Translations under genes and position numbers: made by a program | Notes under the pieces: generated by a model | What the model was told of the DNA's origin: nothing | Seen by the model: the letters and a program-made list of their open reading frames with translations, nothing else | The model's database searches: none | Shown: one piece after another, positions 39,474 through 49,756 of the stretch | Position numbering within the stretch: position 1 is the first letter of the stretch | Layout of the letters: every line of letters begins with the position of its first letter | Source of the DNA: an uncultured Mobiluncus sp. | GTDB taxonomy: Bacteria; Actinomycetota; Actinomycetes; Actinomycetales; Actinomycetaceae | NCBI RefSeq assembly: GCF_902488535.1 | Contig: NZ_CABTWO010000013.1 | Span: forward strand, 571-64,570 | Direction of reading: 5' to 3' | Length of the DNA: 64,000 bases

Positions 39474-41423
39474 CTAGATTGAGTTCTGTGCCGTGGACTG
39501 CGCGATGATGTGTGCATCGAGAGTTTTCTTGGAGGGAACCCCCAACAGCAACAGCACACCGAACAGCGACACGAGTGTATAGAACCAGAACAAGCGGATA
39601 AATCCCTTATTGAGCTCCAGCTGGAACGTTGATTCGATAGTGTCCGCGTGCGCATCGATGTTCTGAAGGTAATCCTGGCGAGCTTGCTCTAAAGCTGGCG
39701 GAACGAAGCCCATCTGTTCTTTCATGGTGTTGCCTTGCTCGTCGAAGGTGTAGTTCGCCAGATCCTTGGAGCGTGCCACAATGTTGGTGACATCCGCGCT
39801 CTTGAGGCGATTCATCAACTGGTCAGGCACATTCACCATGGAAAATCCCGGGTCAACTCGGGGCGGGGCAGATGGCCGCGTACGGTTGCCGCTGTTCCCG
39901 GGCGGCATTTGGCCCCTGCCCGATTCTTGACCACCGGCAGTGGACATTCCGCCGGGGGCTGCGGGCATCGCGGAGGACATGGCGGACATATCCGGTTTCG
40001 GCATGACTTCCATGACTTTTCCGGACAGGCCGCCCATAGCGGTGGCGAGCAATCCCACCATGATCGCCGGAGCCAGGGTAGTCGCCAGAGAACGCGTCAA
40101 AGACAGAGTTGCTTGACCGGTGTTCGCGTCACGGCTGGGCACCAGGTGCAAAATCAGGTAGGTCAGGGGTGCGCCCATCAGGAATCCCAGCCCGAAGCCC
40201 ATCACAAAGATGGACAGGCTGGTGGAGAGTAAACCAGGATACGGGGAAGTCCAGAAAATCAGCAGCAGGCCAGAGATAGCGCAGATAATGACCCCGAGGC
40301 CCAGCACGAAGCGAGGGCCGAGCTTATCCGTGAGCCGCCCGGATATTGGCGCTGCGAGGCCAGAAGCCAAACCGATGATAATGGTGGGGTAGCCTCCAGC
40401 GCCCGTAGGTAGGCGCATGGAGTTCTCGGCGAACTGCGGGATGAACATCACGGTCATCATGAGGGTGCCGGCCACCATGCCGAGCAACAAAGTCACCCCG
40501 ACTGGAACGTTCATGAAATAGTCAAAGTTGATTAAGGGGTCGTGGACGCGGTGCTCGGTAACCCAGAAAACTACCCCCGCAATCGCAAAAATCAGCAGGG
40601 AAACCCGGACATTGGAATCTTGGAAAGAGCCGCTGATATCCGTGAAATCCAGATGCTGGAACATCCACAAGAGGGCAGTGATGGCGACCACGATTAAGAC
40701 GGTGCCGGGAATGTCCAAGCGGCGACCCGCTTCGGTACGATCACGATCTAAGAAGAGCCCTCCCAGGACTACCACTGCCAGGGCAATCGGCACGTTGATG
40801 TAAAAGATCCACTGCCAGTTCTCGGTTCCGGCGATGTCCATGATGAGTGAGCCAGCCGAACCGCCAATAACCGAGGCAACGCCGTAGACCATGCCGACTA
40901 GACCGAGAGCCATACCGCGCTTTGCTGGAGGAGCAATGGTCCCGGCAGCGGCGGTGGCGACCGGCATCATGCCGCCGCCGCCCACGGCTTGCACCACGCG
41001 GGAGGCCAACAACAGACCGAAAGATTGAAAGTCTTGGGCGATCCCGCACCCTAGTGAACCAATCCCAAACAGGGCGATAGCCAGCACATATATCGGCTTG
41101 CGCCCCAATACGTCTGCCAGTTTGCCGATAACGGGGATAGCGATGGCGTAGGCCAAAGTATAGATTGTAAAGACCCAGACACCTGCTTGGTCATCGACCC
41201 CCAAACTGTTTTGAATGACGGTACGAGCCGGATTCACGATGCCCATGTCCAAGGCACCCATGAAAATTCCTGCCAGGTACAGAGCCAGAATCAACCCCCA
41301 GCGTTCCGGCACAGTGTGTTCAAGAGAAGCCAAATCAGTGGGTTTTTCGTTGTCGTTTTGCGATTCCGGCTCGCCGTTTGGCACCTCAGTTTCGGAATCG
41401 TCAAGGGTATGAGTCACTGTCAT
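39474..41423 (-). CDS. MFS drug:H+ antiporter (DHA2-like)
   Basis: FMGALDMGIV, GKLADVLGRK, WQWIFYINVP, GRLTDKLGPR; about 14 TM segments. Confidence 0.88.
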   Translation of the reverse strand: MTVTHTLDDSETEVPNGEPESQNDNEKPTDLASLEHTVPERWGLILALYLAGIFMGALDMGIVNPARTVIQNSLGVDDQAGVWVFTIYTLAYAIAIPVIGKLADVLGRKPIYVLAIALFGIGSLGCGIAQDFQSFGLLLASRVVQAVGGGGMMPVATAAAGTIAPPAKRGMALGLVGMVYGVASVIGGSAGSLIMDIAGTENWQWIFYINVPIALAVVVLGGLFLDRDRTEAGRRLDIPGTVLIVVAITALLWMFQHLDFTDISGSFQDSNVRVSLLIFAIAGVVFWVTEHRVHDPLINFDYFMNVPVGVTLLLGMVAGTLMMTVMFIPQFAENSMRLPTGAGGYPTIIIGLASGLAAPISGRLTDKLGPRFVLGLGVIICAISGLLLIFWTSPYPGLLSTSLSIFVMGFGLGFLMGAPLTYLILHLVPSRDANTGQATLSLTRSLATTLAPAIMVGLLATAMGGLSGKVMEVMPKPDMSAMSSAMPAAPGGMSTAGGQESGRGQMPPGNSGNRTRPSAPPRVDPGFSMVNVPDQLMNRLKSADVTNIVARSKDLANYTFDEQGNTMKEQMGFVPPALEQARQDYLQNIDAHADTIESTFQLELNKGFIRLFWFYTLVSLFGVLLLLGVPSKKTLDAHIIAQSTAQNSI

Positions 41424-41430
41424 AAAATTA

Positions 41431-41448
41431 AGTATATTGATAGTTAAG
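41431..41448 (-). promoter_or_regulatory. leaderless promoter/operator of MFS gene
   Basis: AGTATATTGATAGTTAAG; TATACT on the minus strand 7 nt before ATG; 17/18 identical to 42032-42049. Confidence 0.65.
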
Positions 41449-41478
41449 ATACTTAATCAAATTTTATGACCGTCGCGA

Positions 41479-42024
41479 TTATTTTGCCGACGAAGGCCGA
41501 TTTCTCTGGGAGTTTCGCGGCTTTGGCGGATCCGATGGTGAGGATTTTGTGTGGTGAGAAGCGTCTATCTGGTCGATGAACTCCGCCAGCATTTCCGAGA
41601 ACTGTTTAATTTCCTCGTTGGAGCGGTTGGCAAAAACGCCATGCAGGTCCTCGTTTACGGAACCGACAAAATTGTGCCCCAGCATATCTCCGGATTCTGC
41701 GATGCGCAGCACGGCCCGGCGGCGATCCTCCGGGTCAGTTTGCCGACTGACGTATCCCAGGTTCACCAAGCGATCGACCAAGTAACTGGCGGCGGCGCGG
41801 GTGATATGCAGGCCATCGGCTAGTTCTGAGGGGGACAGGGGCTTTCCGGCAATCTCGGAACGCCAAATCAGCAGCAGTCCGTCGCCGTCCTTGCCGTGCA
41901 TTCCCAAGTCGGCTGAGATATTGGCAATCAAATTGTTAGCGGAAAACACCAAGCGGTGAAACTCGTAAACCAGCTGTTCACTGAGAGCCGAGCGCTCCTT
42001 ATCGACCTTAGCAACCTCACTCAT
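41479..42024 (-). CDS. MarR family regulator
   Basis: SPSELADGLHITRAAASYLVDRLVNLGYVSRQTDPEDRR. Confidence 0.9.
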   Translation of the reverse strand: MSEVAKVDKERSALSEQLVYEFHRLVFSANNLIANISADLGMHGKDGDGLLLIWRSEIAGKPLSPSELADGLHITRAAASYLVDRLVNLGYVSRQTDPEDRRRAVLRIAESGDMLGHNFVGSVNEDLHGVFANRSNEEIKQFSEMLAEFIDQIDASHHTKSSPSDPPKPRNSQRNRPSSAK

Positions 42025-42031
42025 GCTATTC

Positions 42032-42049
42032 AGTATATTGACAGTTAAG
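42032..42049 (-). promoter_or_regulatory. leaderless promoter/operator of marR
   Basis: AGTATATTGACAGTTAAG, same offset from ATG as at the MFS gene. Confidence 0.65.
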
Positions 42050-42126
42050 CGATTTTAACTAAAACTTGCGTGCCTTCGGGCCGTCGACTGTCCGGCCGGC
42101 CGGCTGGCCGAGGCTCGTTTCGGCGT

Positions 42127-42161
42127 AAAAACGTGGGCCCCAGAGGTTTCCGGGGCCCACG
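42127..42161 (-). terminator. intrinsic terminator of pta-ackA
   Basis: CGTGGGCCCC / GGGGCCCACG stem followed by T5 on the minus strand. Confidence 0.75.
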
Positions 42162-42186
42162 CCAGAAAGGTTTTTGAGGATAGAAG

Positions 42187-43374
42187 CTAAATCAGGCGTA
42201 CGACTTGGCGGGCAATCGCCAACTCTTCGTTGGTGGGTACGACCAGCACCAGCACTTTCGAATCATCGCTGGAGATACGCCAGATAGCCTTGGAACGGTC
42301 GCGGTTATCGTTGCGTTCGCGGTCAATCTTGACCCCGATGAACTCGAGTTTTTCGCACAAGCGCCGCCGGGTGCGTACATCGTTTTCACCGATGCCGGCG
42401 GTGAAAGTCAGCACGTCCAAGCCGCCCAGCTCAAAAGTGTAGGCGCCAATGTACTTCAGCAAGCGCTGCTGATAAGTCTGGAGGGCCAGTAGAGCGTCGG
42501 AGTCGCCCTCGTCACGGCGTTTCCACACGTCACGCATATCGTTGTCGCCGCACATGCCTTTCATGCCGGATTGCTTGTTGAATAGGGTGTCGATGTCCTC
42601 TACGCTCATTCCTTTTCGTAGCAGGTGGAACACCACCGCCGGGTCGATGTCGCCGGTACGGGTACCCATGACCAAGCCTTCCAGGGGAGTCAACCCCATC
42701 GAGGTGTCCATCGGCAGCCGACCGAGTTCCGCGCAGGCGGACGCACCATTTCCCAGATGCAGGGTGATTTGTTTCACAGTATCGTCGCCCAGGTAGTCGC
42801 AGACCTTGTTGGCTACGAATTCGTGCGAAGTGCCGTGGGCACCGTAGCGGCGGATGTGGTAGTCATGCGCCACCTGTTTGTTCAGGGCGTAGCTGCGGGC
42901 TTTTTCGGGCAAGCCGGCAAAGTAGGCCGTATCAAAAACGGCGACGTGAGGCAGGTCAGGCCACAGCTCCATAGCGGTGTCGATGCCGATGAGGTGAGCC
43001 GGATTGTGCAGCGGCGCCAAGTCGCACAGTTCCTCAATCTTGGCTCGGACATCTTCGTCCACGATGGCCGGCCCTTTAAAGTGCCATCCACCTTGAACGA
43101 TGCGGTGGCCGAAACCGGATAAATCCACGTGCTCCAAGTCGGGTCCGTGGGTCGCGAACATCTCGATAATCCTGGTCAGGGCTTCCTTGTGGGTCGGAAG
43201 GGGGAGTGTCTCGCTGAACTTTTCCGCGTGGACTTCGTGGGTGACTTCCCCCCGATCGGTGCCGATGCGTTCCGCTATACCTTTGGCCAGGACGTCGCCG
43301 CTGACGGGCTCGATTAGCTGGTACTTCAGCGAGGAAGAGCCGGAGTTAATTACAAAAATAGTTTGGTGGCGCAT
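42187..43374 (-). CDS. ackA: acetate kinase
   Basis: INSGSSSLKY, GHRIVQGG, LAPLHNP, HGTSH, HLGNGAS, FTAGIGEN, TNEE. Confidence 0.97.
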   Translation of the reverse strand: MRHQTIFVINSGSSSLKYQLIEPVSGDVLAKGIAERIGTDRGEVTHEVHAEKFSETLPLPTHKEALTRIIEMFATHGPDLEHVDLSGFGHRIVQGGWHFKGPAIVDEDVRAKIEELCDLAPLHNPAHLIGIDTAMELWPDLPHVAVFDTAYFAGLPEKARSYALNKQVAHDYHIRRYGAHGTSHEFVANKVCDYLGDDTVKQITLHLGNGASACAELGRLPMDTSMGLTPLEGLVMGTRTGDIDPAVVFHLLRKGMSVEDIDTLFNKQSGMKGMCGDNDMRDVWKRRDEGDSDALLALQTYQQRLLKYIGAYTFELGGLDVLTFTAGIGENDVRTRRRLCEKLEFIGVKIDRERNDNRDRSKAIWRISSDDSKVLVLVVPTNEELAIARQVVRLI

Positions 43375-43432
43375 AGTTTTGTTCCTTTACTTTTTTCACA
43401 AGGGCGGTCGCGGGGCTGCATCCTTTGGTCGC

Positions 43433-44422
43433 CTATCCCTGGGCTTGGATAGCAGTAATGACGATGGTGTTGATGATGTCGTCCACGGTGGCTCCGCGCG
43501 ACAAGTCGTTGACTGGGGCGTTTAGCCCTTGCAGAATCGGACCCACAGCCAGCGCGCCGCTGGTGCGCTGCACCGCTTTGTAGGTGATGTTTCCGGCGTT
43601 CAGGTCAGGGAAGATGAACGTGTTTGCTTGTCCGGCCACGGGAGAGTGCGGAGCTTTCTTGGCAGCCACGGATTCGACTACCGCGGCATCGAACTGGAGC
43701 GGACCATCGATAGCTACCTCGGGGGCGGCTGCCTGGGCTTTTGCGGTGGCTTCCTTTACCAGGTCAACCAGCGGACCCGAGCCGGAGTCAATCGTGGAAT
43801 AGGACAGCATGGCAACTTTCGGTTCCAGACCAAACTGAGCCGCGGTCTTGGCTGAAACGACCGCGATGTCCGCTAGCTGCCCAGCGTCCGGGGAAATCGT
43901 GACCGCACAATCCGAATACACGTCAAAGTGGTCATCGAAAACCATGAGGAAAGCTCCGGAAACTAGTTTCACGCCCGGCTGAGTCTTGATGACTTGCAGC
44001 GCGGGCCGGATGGTGTGGGCGGTGGTGTGAGCCGCTCCGGAGACCATGCCATCGGCATCGCCGCAGACAATCATCATGGTGCCAAAGAAAGAAATATCTT
44101 TCAGAGTTTCCTTCGCTTTGGCTTCGTCCATGCCCTTGTGCGCGCGCAGTTCCACCAGCTTGGCGGTGTAGCGAGCCAGCTTTTCGGCATCATCGAGGGA
44201 AACGATTTCGGCCGCGGAAAGGTCCAGACCGAGCGCGGCAGCTTGAGCCTTGATGGTGTCCTGATTTCCCAGCAGAACCAAGTCAGCGACACCCTTCTGG
44301 AGGATGTGCGCGGCTGCTTTTAAGATGCGCTCATCGTCAGATTCTGGCAGCACAATCCGTTTCCGGTTTGCTGCCGCTTTGTTGGAAAGATTGTCCAGAA
44401 ATGAGGTTTTGAAGTTGCTCAT
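43433..44422 (-). CDS. pta: phosphate acetyltransferase
   Basis: IVLPE, DGMVSGA, DGPLQFDAA, FPDLNAGNI, VNDLSRG. Confidence 0.96.
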   Translation of the reverse strand: MSNFKTSFLDNLSNKAAANRKRIVLPESDDERILKAAAHILQKGVADLVLLGNQDTIKAQAAALGLDLSAAEIVSLDDAEKLARYTAKLVELRAHKGMDEAKAKETLKDISFFGTMMIVCGDADGMVSGAAHTTAHTIRPALQVIKTQPGVKLVSGAFLMVFDDHFDVYSDCAVTISPDAGQLADIAVVSAKTAAQFGLEPKVAMLSYSTIDSGSGPLVDLVKEATAKAQAAAPEVAIDGPLQFDAAVVESVAAKKAPHSPVAGQANTFIFPDLNAGNITYKAVQRTSGALAVGPILQGLNAPVNDLSRGATVDDIINTIVITAIQAQG

Positions 44423-44714
44423 GCCTAGCTCCTCTAATGAAATCAGGGGGATTCGTCAGCCCCGCCGGCAAGTTAAAAAATATCTTAATACAGGGTTTGG
44501 GGTTGGTAAAGTTGGGACTAAGGTCCTGACGGGAAATTTTCGGTCTTGAGCCCTCGAAAACCGCACGGTACCGGGAAAAAGTTCGGCAAAAAACTTGTGA
44601 ACAATTAATGAGGCGCCCGTGGAAAAGGAGAGAAACCACGAACGCCTCATCGCTGTCGGGTCTGGGGACCCGGTATGAAATTGTCCCAGTGAAGAAGAAA
44701 GAAGGGTTATTGAG

Positions 44715-45467
44715 TTAGTGCGCAAAGAGCGTGTTCTTGAGAGCAAAGCGGTCTGCGCGGAACAGGTATTCACCATAAGCGGCAATCTTGCCGGATTCGT
44801 CATAAGAGATATTTTGGATGCTCAGCACCGTTGAACCCGCGGGAATCCGCAGGAGTTGAGCCTCCGGGGCGCTGGCCTTGCGGGCGGATACCGTTTGACG
44901 AGCCATCGTCACGACGACACCGCGCTCGGCTAGGGCAGTTTCGAAAGAATCGCGTTCCAAAGCGGTGGCTGCCGGAGCAATCGAGGAACGAATCATGTCA
45001 AACATAAGTCCGGCGGGCTGGCGGTCGTTCAGGCGCAGCCGGCGGATAGCGGTCACGTTGGATCCGGGGGCTACCTCGAGTTTCGCGCTGACTTCCGGGC
45101 TGGCCGGAGACGTGCCGTAAGACAAAACTTCAGTAGAGGGCTTGTGACCGTCGGCCTTCATCTGGTCAAAAATGGTGGAGAGGGTGTTCGGACGATGTAC
45201 CCGCGTTGGAGCCACCTGAGTGCCGACACCGCGGCGGCGCACCAGCAGACCGTGGTCACCCAGTTGCTGCAGGGCGCGGCGGGCAGTGGGCCGGGACACA
45301 TTGAGGCGTCGCGCCATGGACAGTTCGTCTTCCAAACGCGTACCGGGGGTCAGCTGCCCTGAGAGGATTAATTCTTCGATGGGCTGCGCAATCTGATGGT
45401 AAAGCGGAACTGGGGAGTTCCGATCCAGCCGGACATCAGCCTCGAAATATGTTGGTACCTGACTCAT
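44715..45467 (-). CDS. GntR family regulator (HutC/UTRA type)
   Basis: PLYHQIA..VSRPTARRAL..RRRGVGT; C-terminal UTRA-like domain. Confidence 0.9.
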   Translation of the reverse strand: MSQVPTYFEADVRLDRNSPVPLYHQIAQPIEELILSGQLTPGTRLEDELSMARRLNVSRPTARRALQQLGDHGLLVRRRGVGTQVAPTRVHRPNTLSTIFDQMKADGHKPSTEVLSYGTSPASPEVSAKLEVAPGSNVTAIRRLRLNDRQPAGLMFDMIRSSIAPAATALERDSFETALAERGVVVTMARQTVSARKASAPEAQLLRIPAGSTVLSIQNISYDESGKIAAYGEYLFRADRFALKNTLFAH

Positions 45468-45643
45468 GGCGGGTCTCCTTTCCCTTGTGTCGTCGGTCTT
45501 TCCTTTGACCCTACATATTATTGTATCGACAATTAATGGCCTGACATTAGGAAAAATCGTTGAAATAACAACGAATTAATCCTGAATAAAGTCTGAGAAT
45601 TCGGGGGTCAATTTATGATGGGGAAATGTTTTAGGATTGATGC

Positions 45644-47230
45644 ATGGCTGAAAACTTGCAACATGGTAGACCCGCAGGACCTGTATTAGTTGTCGATTTT
45701 GGTGCGCAATATGCCCAACTTATCGCTCGCCGGGTTCGCGAGGCGAAAGTTTACTCGGAAATTGTGGGACATAACCTGACCGCTCGGGAAATTTTGGATA
45801 AACAGCCTTCAGCCATCATTCTCTCAGGCGGACCGTCCTCCGTTTACGCGCCCGGGGCTCCGTCTTTTGACCCGGCCGTCTTTCAGGCAAATGTGCCGGT
45901 ATTGGGCATTTGCTACGGGTTTCAGGTCATGGCACAAGCCCTGGGGGGCACGGTTAGTCCTACCGGAACGTCCGAGTACGGCCGCACCAACTTGGAAGTG
46001 GTTCCGGGTGGTCAGTTGATGGAAGGAACCCCGTCCGAACAGGTAGTTTGGATGAGCCACGGGGACGCAGTTTCGGCGGCTCCCAGCGATTTTCAAGTTA
46101 CCGCAGCGACGGACGATACAAAGGTAGCGGCCTTTGAAAATCCTGAACGAGGGCTGTATGGAGTGCAGTGGCATCCCGAAGTTCGTCACAGCGCCTATGG
46201 TCAGAGGCTTCTGGAACATTTCCTGCATGACGTGGTCGGCCTGGATCCGGTGTGGACGCCGCAATCCATCATTGACACCCAGGTTGCCGAGATTCGCCAG
46301 CGCGTGGGCGATGCCCAGGTCATCTGCGGTTTGTCTGGTGGGGTGGATTCGTCCGTAGCGGCCGCTTTGGTTCATAAGGCCATTGGCGACCAGCTGACCT
46401 GCATTTTTGTGGACCACGGTTTGCTGCGCGCGGGGGAGCGCGAGCAGGTGGAACGAGACTATGCCGCCCACATGGGGATTCGCGTGAAATATGTAGACGA
46501 GTCCGCCCGCTTCTTGGGGGCGCTGGCGGGAGTGAGCGAGCCAGAACAGAAACGCAAGATTATCGGACGCGAGTTTATCCGGTCTTTTGAAGCAGCTCAG
46601 CGCGAGGTCGTGGCTGAGGTTGGCGCCAGTGGTGGGGAAGTGAAGTTCCTGGTCCAGGGGACTTTGTATCCTGACGTGGTGGAATCGGGCGGTGGCAGCG
46701 GCACGGCAAATATCAAGTCGCACCACAATGTGGGCGGATTGCCCGAGGATTTGAAGTTCGAGCTCATCGAGCCGTTGCGCAAACTGTTTAAGGACGAGGT
46801 TCGTGAGTTGGGGCGCGAGTTGGGGCTGCCCGATATCATCGTGAATCGCCAGCCTTTCCCCGGTCCGGGCCTGGCCATTCGTATTATCGGAGAGGTCAAC
46901 GAGGAACGCCTGCGGATTTTGCGGGCGGCGGACCTGATTGTGCGCAACGAGCTGAGCGCGGCCGGGCTGGACACAGAGATTTGGCAGTGTCCAGTGGTGT
47001 TGCTCGCCGACGTGCGTTCGGTGGGGGTGCAGGGTGACGGGCGCACCTACGGGCACCCGATTGTGTTGCGTCCGGTTTCCTCAGAAGACGCGATGACCGC
47101 GGACTGGTCGCGCTTGGATTGGGACTTGGTGGCGCGGATTTCTAACCTAATCACCAACCAAGTTCCCGAAATTAACCGCGTGGTGCTGGACTGCACGTCC
47201 AAGCCGCCGGGGACCATCGAGTGGGAATAG
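45644..47230 (+). CDS. guaA: GMP synthase (glutamine-hydrolysing)
   Basis: [41 protein letters not shown]. Confidence 0.97.
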   Translation: MAENLQHGRPAGPVLVVDFGAQYAQLIARRVREAKVYSEIVGHNLTAREILDKQPSAIILSGGPSSVYAPGAPSFDPAVFQANVPVLGICYGFQVMAQALGGTVSPTGTSEYGRTNLEVVPGGQLMEGTPSEQVVWMSHGDAVSAAPSDFQVTAATDDTKVAAFENPERGLYGVQWHPEVRHSAYGQRLLEHFLHDVVGLDPVWTPQSIIDTQVAEIRQRVGDAQVICGLSGGVDSSVAAALVHKAIGDQLTCIFVDHGLLRAGEREQVERDYAAHMGIRVKYVDESARFLGALAGVSEPEQKRKIIGREFIRSFEAAQREVVAEVGASGGEVKFLVQGTLYPDVVESGGGSGTANIKSHHNVGGLPEDLKFELIEPLRKLFKDEVRELGRELGLPDIIVNRQPFPGPGLAIRIIGEVNEERLRILRAADLIVRNELSAAGLDTEIWQCPVVLLADVRSVGVQGDGRTYGHPIVLRPVSSEDAMTADWSRLDWDLVARISNLITNQVPEINRVVLDCTSKPPGTIEWE

Positions 47231-47350
47231 GTCCATCCAGCGTATTCTGATTACACCTAGTAGCAATTAGTCGCATCCTTTGGACAGCATCGCAAAAGCT
47301 TTTATTTTTGATGCGGTTGCGTATGTCTGCTAAAAGCGTACAATTGCAAC

Positions 47351-47998
47351 GTGACCTATTCGAATCACATAGCATCCCTCAACGAGCTTTCCGCCTCGGA
47401 GGGCGTCTTCACCACGGCCCAAGCCGCACGGCTCGGAATCACGCGCAATGCCCTGTCCCAAGCCGTGACCTCCGGCCGAGCCGAGCGAATAGCGCACGGC
47501 GCATACCGGCTTGCCGGATCACAAGGCGATTTCACAGACGAGCTAGCGGCTGTCTGGAAGCTGACCAATCCAGCCGCATTCACCCACGAGCGCATGCAGG
47601 TCGGCGCCTGGGACGGAATCGCCATCGGCGGTTCGACTGCGGCATGTCTGCAGAACCTCGGCGACTTTTATCTGTCACCGTATCGCATTTACGCACCGCG
47701 TAGAATTAACTCCCGCATGAAATCAGCGAGTTTCGCCATCAGAAGAGTCGACCCGGACGACGTGAGCTGGATCAAGGGGCTGCCTGTGACGCGACCCGAG
47801 AGAACGCTCGTCGACCTTTGCCTGGACAACGAAGAATGGTCTTTGGTGGAAGACTCCTTCAACTCCGCGGGCAATCTCGACTACGACCGCCTGGTGAAGA
47901 TAATCGCCGACCAGCCGGAGAGGAAGAGCGTGCAGGAATCGCTATCGGTGATTCGCGGACTCATGGAACGGCACCTCGACAAGGAGTGCGCCAGATGA
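47351..47998 (+). CDS. type IV TA antitoxin, AbiEi family
   Basis: N-terminal wHTH GVFTTAQAARLGI..ERIAHGAYRL; GLPVTRPERTLVDL. Confidence 0.85.
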   Translation: MTYSNHIASLNELSASEGVFTTAQAARLGITRNALSQAVTSGRAERIAHGAYRLAGSQGDFTDELAAVWKLTNPAAFTHERMQVGAWDGIAIGGSTAACLQNLGDFYLSPYRIYAPRRINSRMKSASFAIRRVDPDDVSWIKGLPVTRPERTLVDLCLDNEEWSLVEDSFNSAGNLDYDRLVKIIADQPERKSVQESLSVIRGLMERHLDKECAR

Positions 47999-48882
47999 GA
48001 TACCAGACTCCAGCGGCACTCGAGATGGCTGCAAAGGCGGCAACCAGACAATCGGCGCTCGACACGGGTCGAGCCATGACCGGGTTCTATTTCCACAGGC
48101 TCCTTTGCCGTATTTTCAGCGACCCGCATCACGCTTTCGTGCTTGAAGGCGGTCAGAGCATGCTCGCCAGAACCGTGGACGCGCGTGCGACGAAGGATAT
48201 CGATCTGCTCTGCAAGGAGCGTTCTCTGGAGCGTGCCCTCGAAGAGCTGAAGAGGCTTGCCTCTGCGGACCTTGGCGATTACATGCGGTTCACGTTTGCA
48301 TCCGCTGACCCGATAAAGGTTGAGGACAAATATCGGAGCGGATTGCGCGTTGTTTTCCAGCCCATGCTCGGCGCGAAGAGCCTGCAGCCCGTTGCCATCG
48401 ACCTCGTTGTCGACGAGGTTCCCCTAGACCGTGCGGAACTCATCACCCCTGCGGACAGGATTGAGGTCGAAGGGCTGCCGGTATGCGACTATCTGGTCTA
48501 TCCCGTCGAGAGCGCGTTGGCGGATAAGCTCTGTGCACTGGTTGAAAGGCACGAGAGGAGAGCCTCCTCCCGTGTGAAGGATCTTGTTGATATTGCAATC
48601 TACACGGTGACATGCTCCATAGATGTAGGAAAGCTGCGGGAGTGCTTGTTGCAGGAAGGCGCCGTGCGCGGCATCGCCCTGCCTGAGACGTTCTGCATTC
48701 CAGATGAATGGGGCGCGCCTCATGAGCGGCAGTACGAGAGGCTATGCTCCCAGACCGGCCTGCCCCATTCGCTTCGGAGCATTGAAGCGGCAGTCGAACT
48801 TGCAGGTAAACTTTTCAACCCTGTGTATGCCGGTTTTACAGATGGTATGACCTGGAATCCGGTAACGTGCGATTGGGGGTAA
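47995..48882 (+). CDS. type IV TA toxin, AbiEii nucleotidyltransferase
   Basis: Start at ATGA overlap; FVLEGG, ARATKDIDL, ADKL, SRVKDLVD. Confidence 0.87.
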   Translation: MRYQTPAALEMAAKAATRQSALDTGRAMTGFYFHRLLCRIFSDPHHAFVLEGGQSMLARTVDARATKDIDLLCKERSLERALEELKRLASADLGDYMRFTFASADPIKVEDKYRSGLRVVFQPMLGAKSLQPVAIDLVVDEVPLDRAELITPADRIEVEGLPVCDYLVYPVESALADKLCALVERHERRASSRVKDLVDIAIYTVTCSIDVGKLRECLLQEGAVRGIALPETFCIPDEWGAPHERQYERLCSQTGLPHSLRSIEAAVELAGKLFNPVYAGFTDGMTWNPVTCDWG

Positions 48883-49142
48883 ACATCCACGTCCTCAAAT
48901 GGGCAGTGCTTCCAGTCGGGCAAATTGAGGGCACATGGAAAATCTCCGGGTTTATTGAGGGAGGAACCCATTGAGCCTCGCTCTAGTTTTACAAGGAAGA
49001 GATGCTCCCCGGTGGGTTCTTTCAGTCTGCAGTTCGGCATGCAATAAAAGGGGTGTTGCACCATGTGGCTGTGGCGGTGTGGTGAGAGGCTTCCGCGAGC
49101 ATTCGCGCAGCAATGGGATGCCCAATCAGATGTTGTTGCTAT

Positions 49143-49384
49143 GGCGCAAAGCGTCTCGTCTAGCTCGTCTTTCCTGACATGCAGAAGTCTCCCAATCCTT
49201 ATGACGGGAACCTCCTGCCGCTCGGTGAGCTTGTAGACAACGTATTCGATACGAGCAGGTAGTCCGCGGCCTTCGGCAAGTCCATGAAGACGTCGGGCAG
49301 GTCGTTCGCGTCGGATGTCAAAAATGCAGCAGATCCTCGTATCTCCGCCCCGGCATTCTCGTGACTTTCTGTATAATTATCCAT
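49143..49384 (-). pseudogene. frameshifted excisionase-like HTH protein
   Basis: MDLPKAADYLLVS in one frame continues as YVVYKLTERQEVPVIRIGRLLHVRKDELDE after a shift near 49245. Confidence 0.65.
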
Positions 49385-49756
49385 AGTCCCGTGGGTGCTG
49401 GGAACGTGTCGCGTGGCCTCTGGAGAATGTCTTCTTTCGTAGGGTGTCTTACTGTCCTCTCGTCTTGCATCTGGTGCCCTCGAGGTGCAACAAGGCTCGA
49501 GGAGTCGCGTCTTTTCAACATTACAATCAGAAAGATACCTGTTGGGAGGCGTAATGTTGTAAAGCCTGACGAGACGTTAGGCCTTGCTAAGGCTCGCTAG
49601 GTCATGGTTGGTCGAAAAAATCGATTCAATTATCTATCGCTCACCGCTTCCGTAACTCGATATGGGGGGCGTGTTTTATAATGGAAAGAAAGGATTGCAA
49701 AACTTTTGTTGTGTGCAATACGCAACACGTTCTAGTTGGAAAACATAGGAGTTTGG

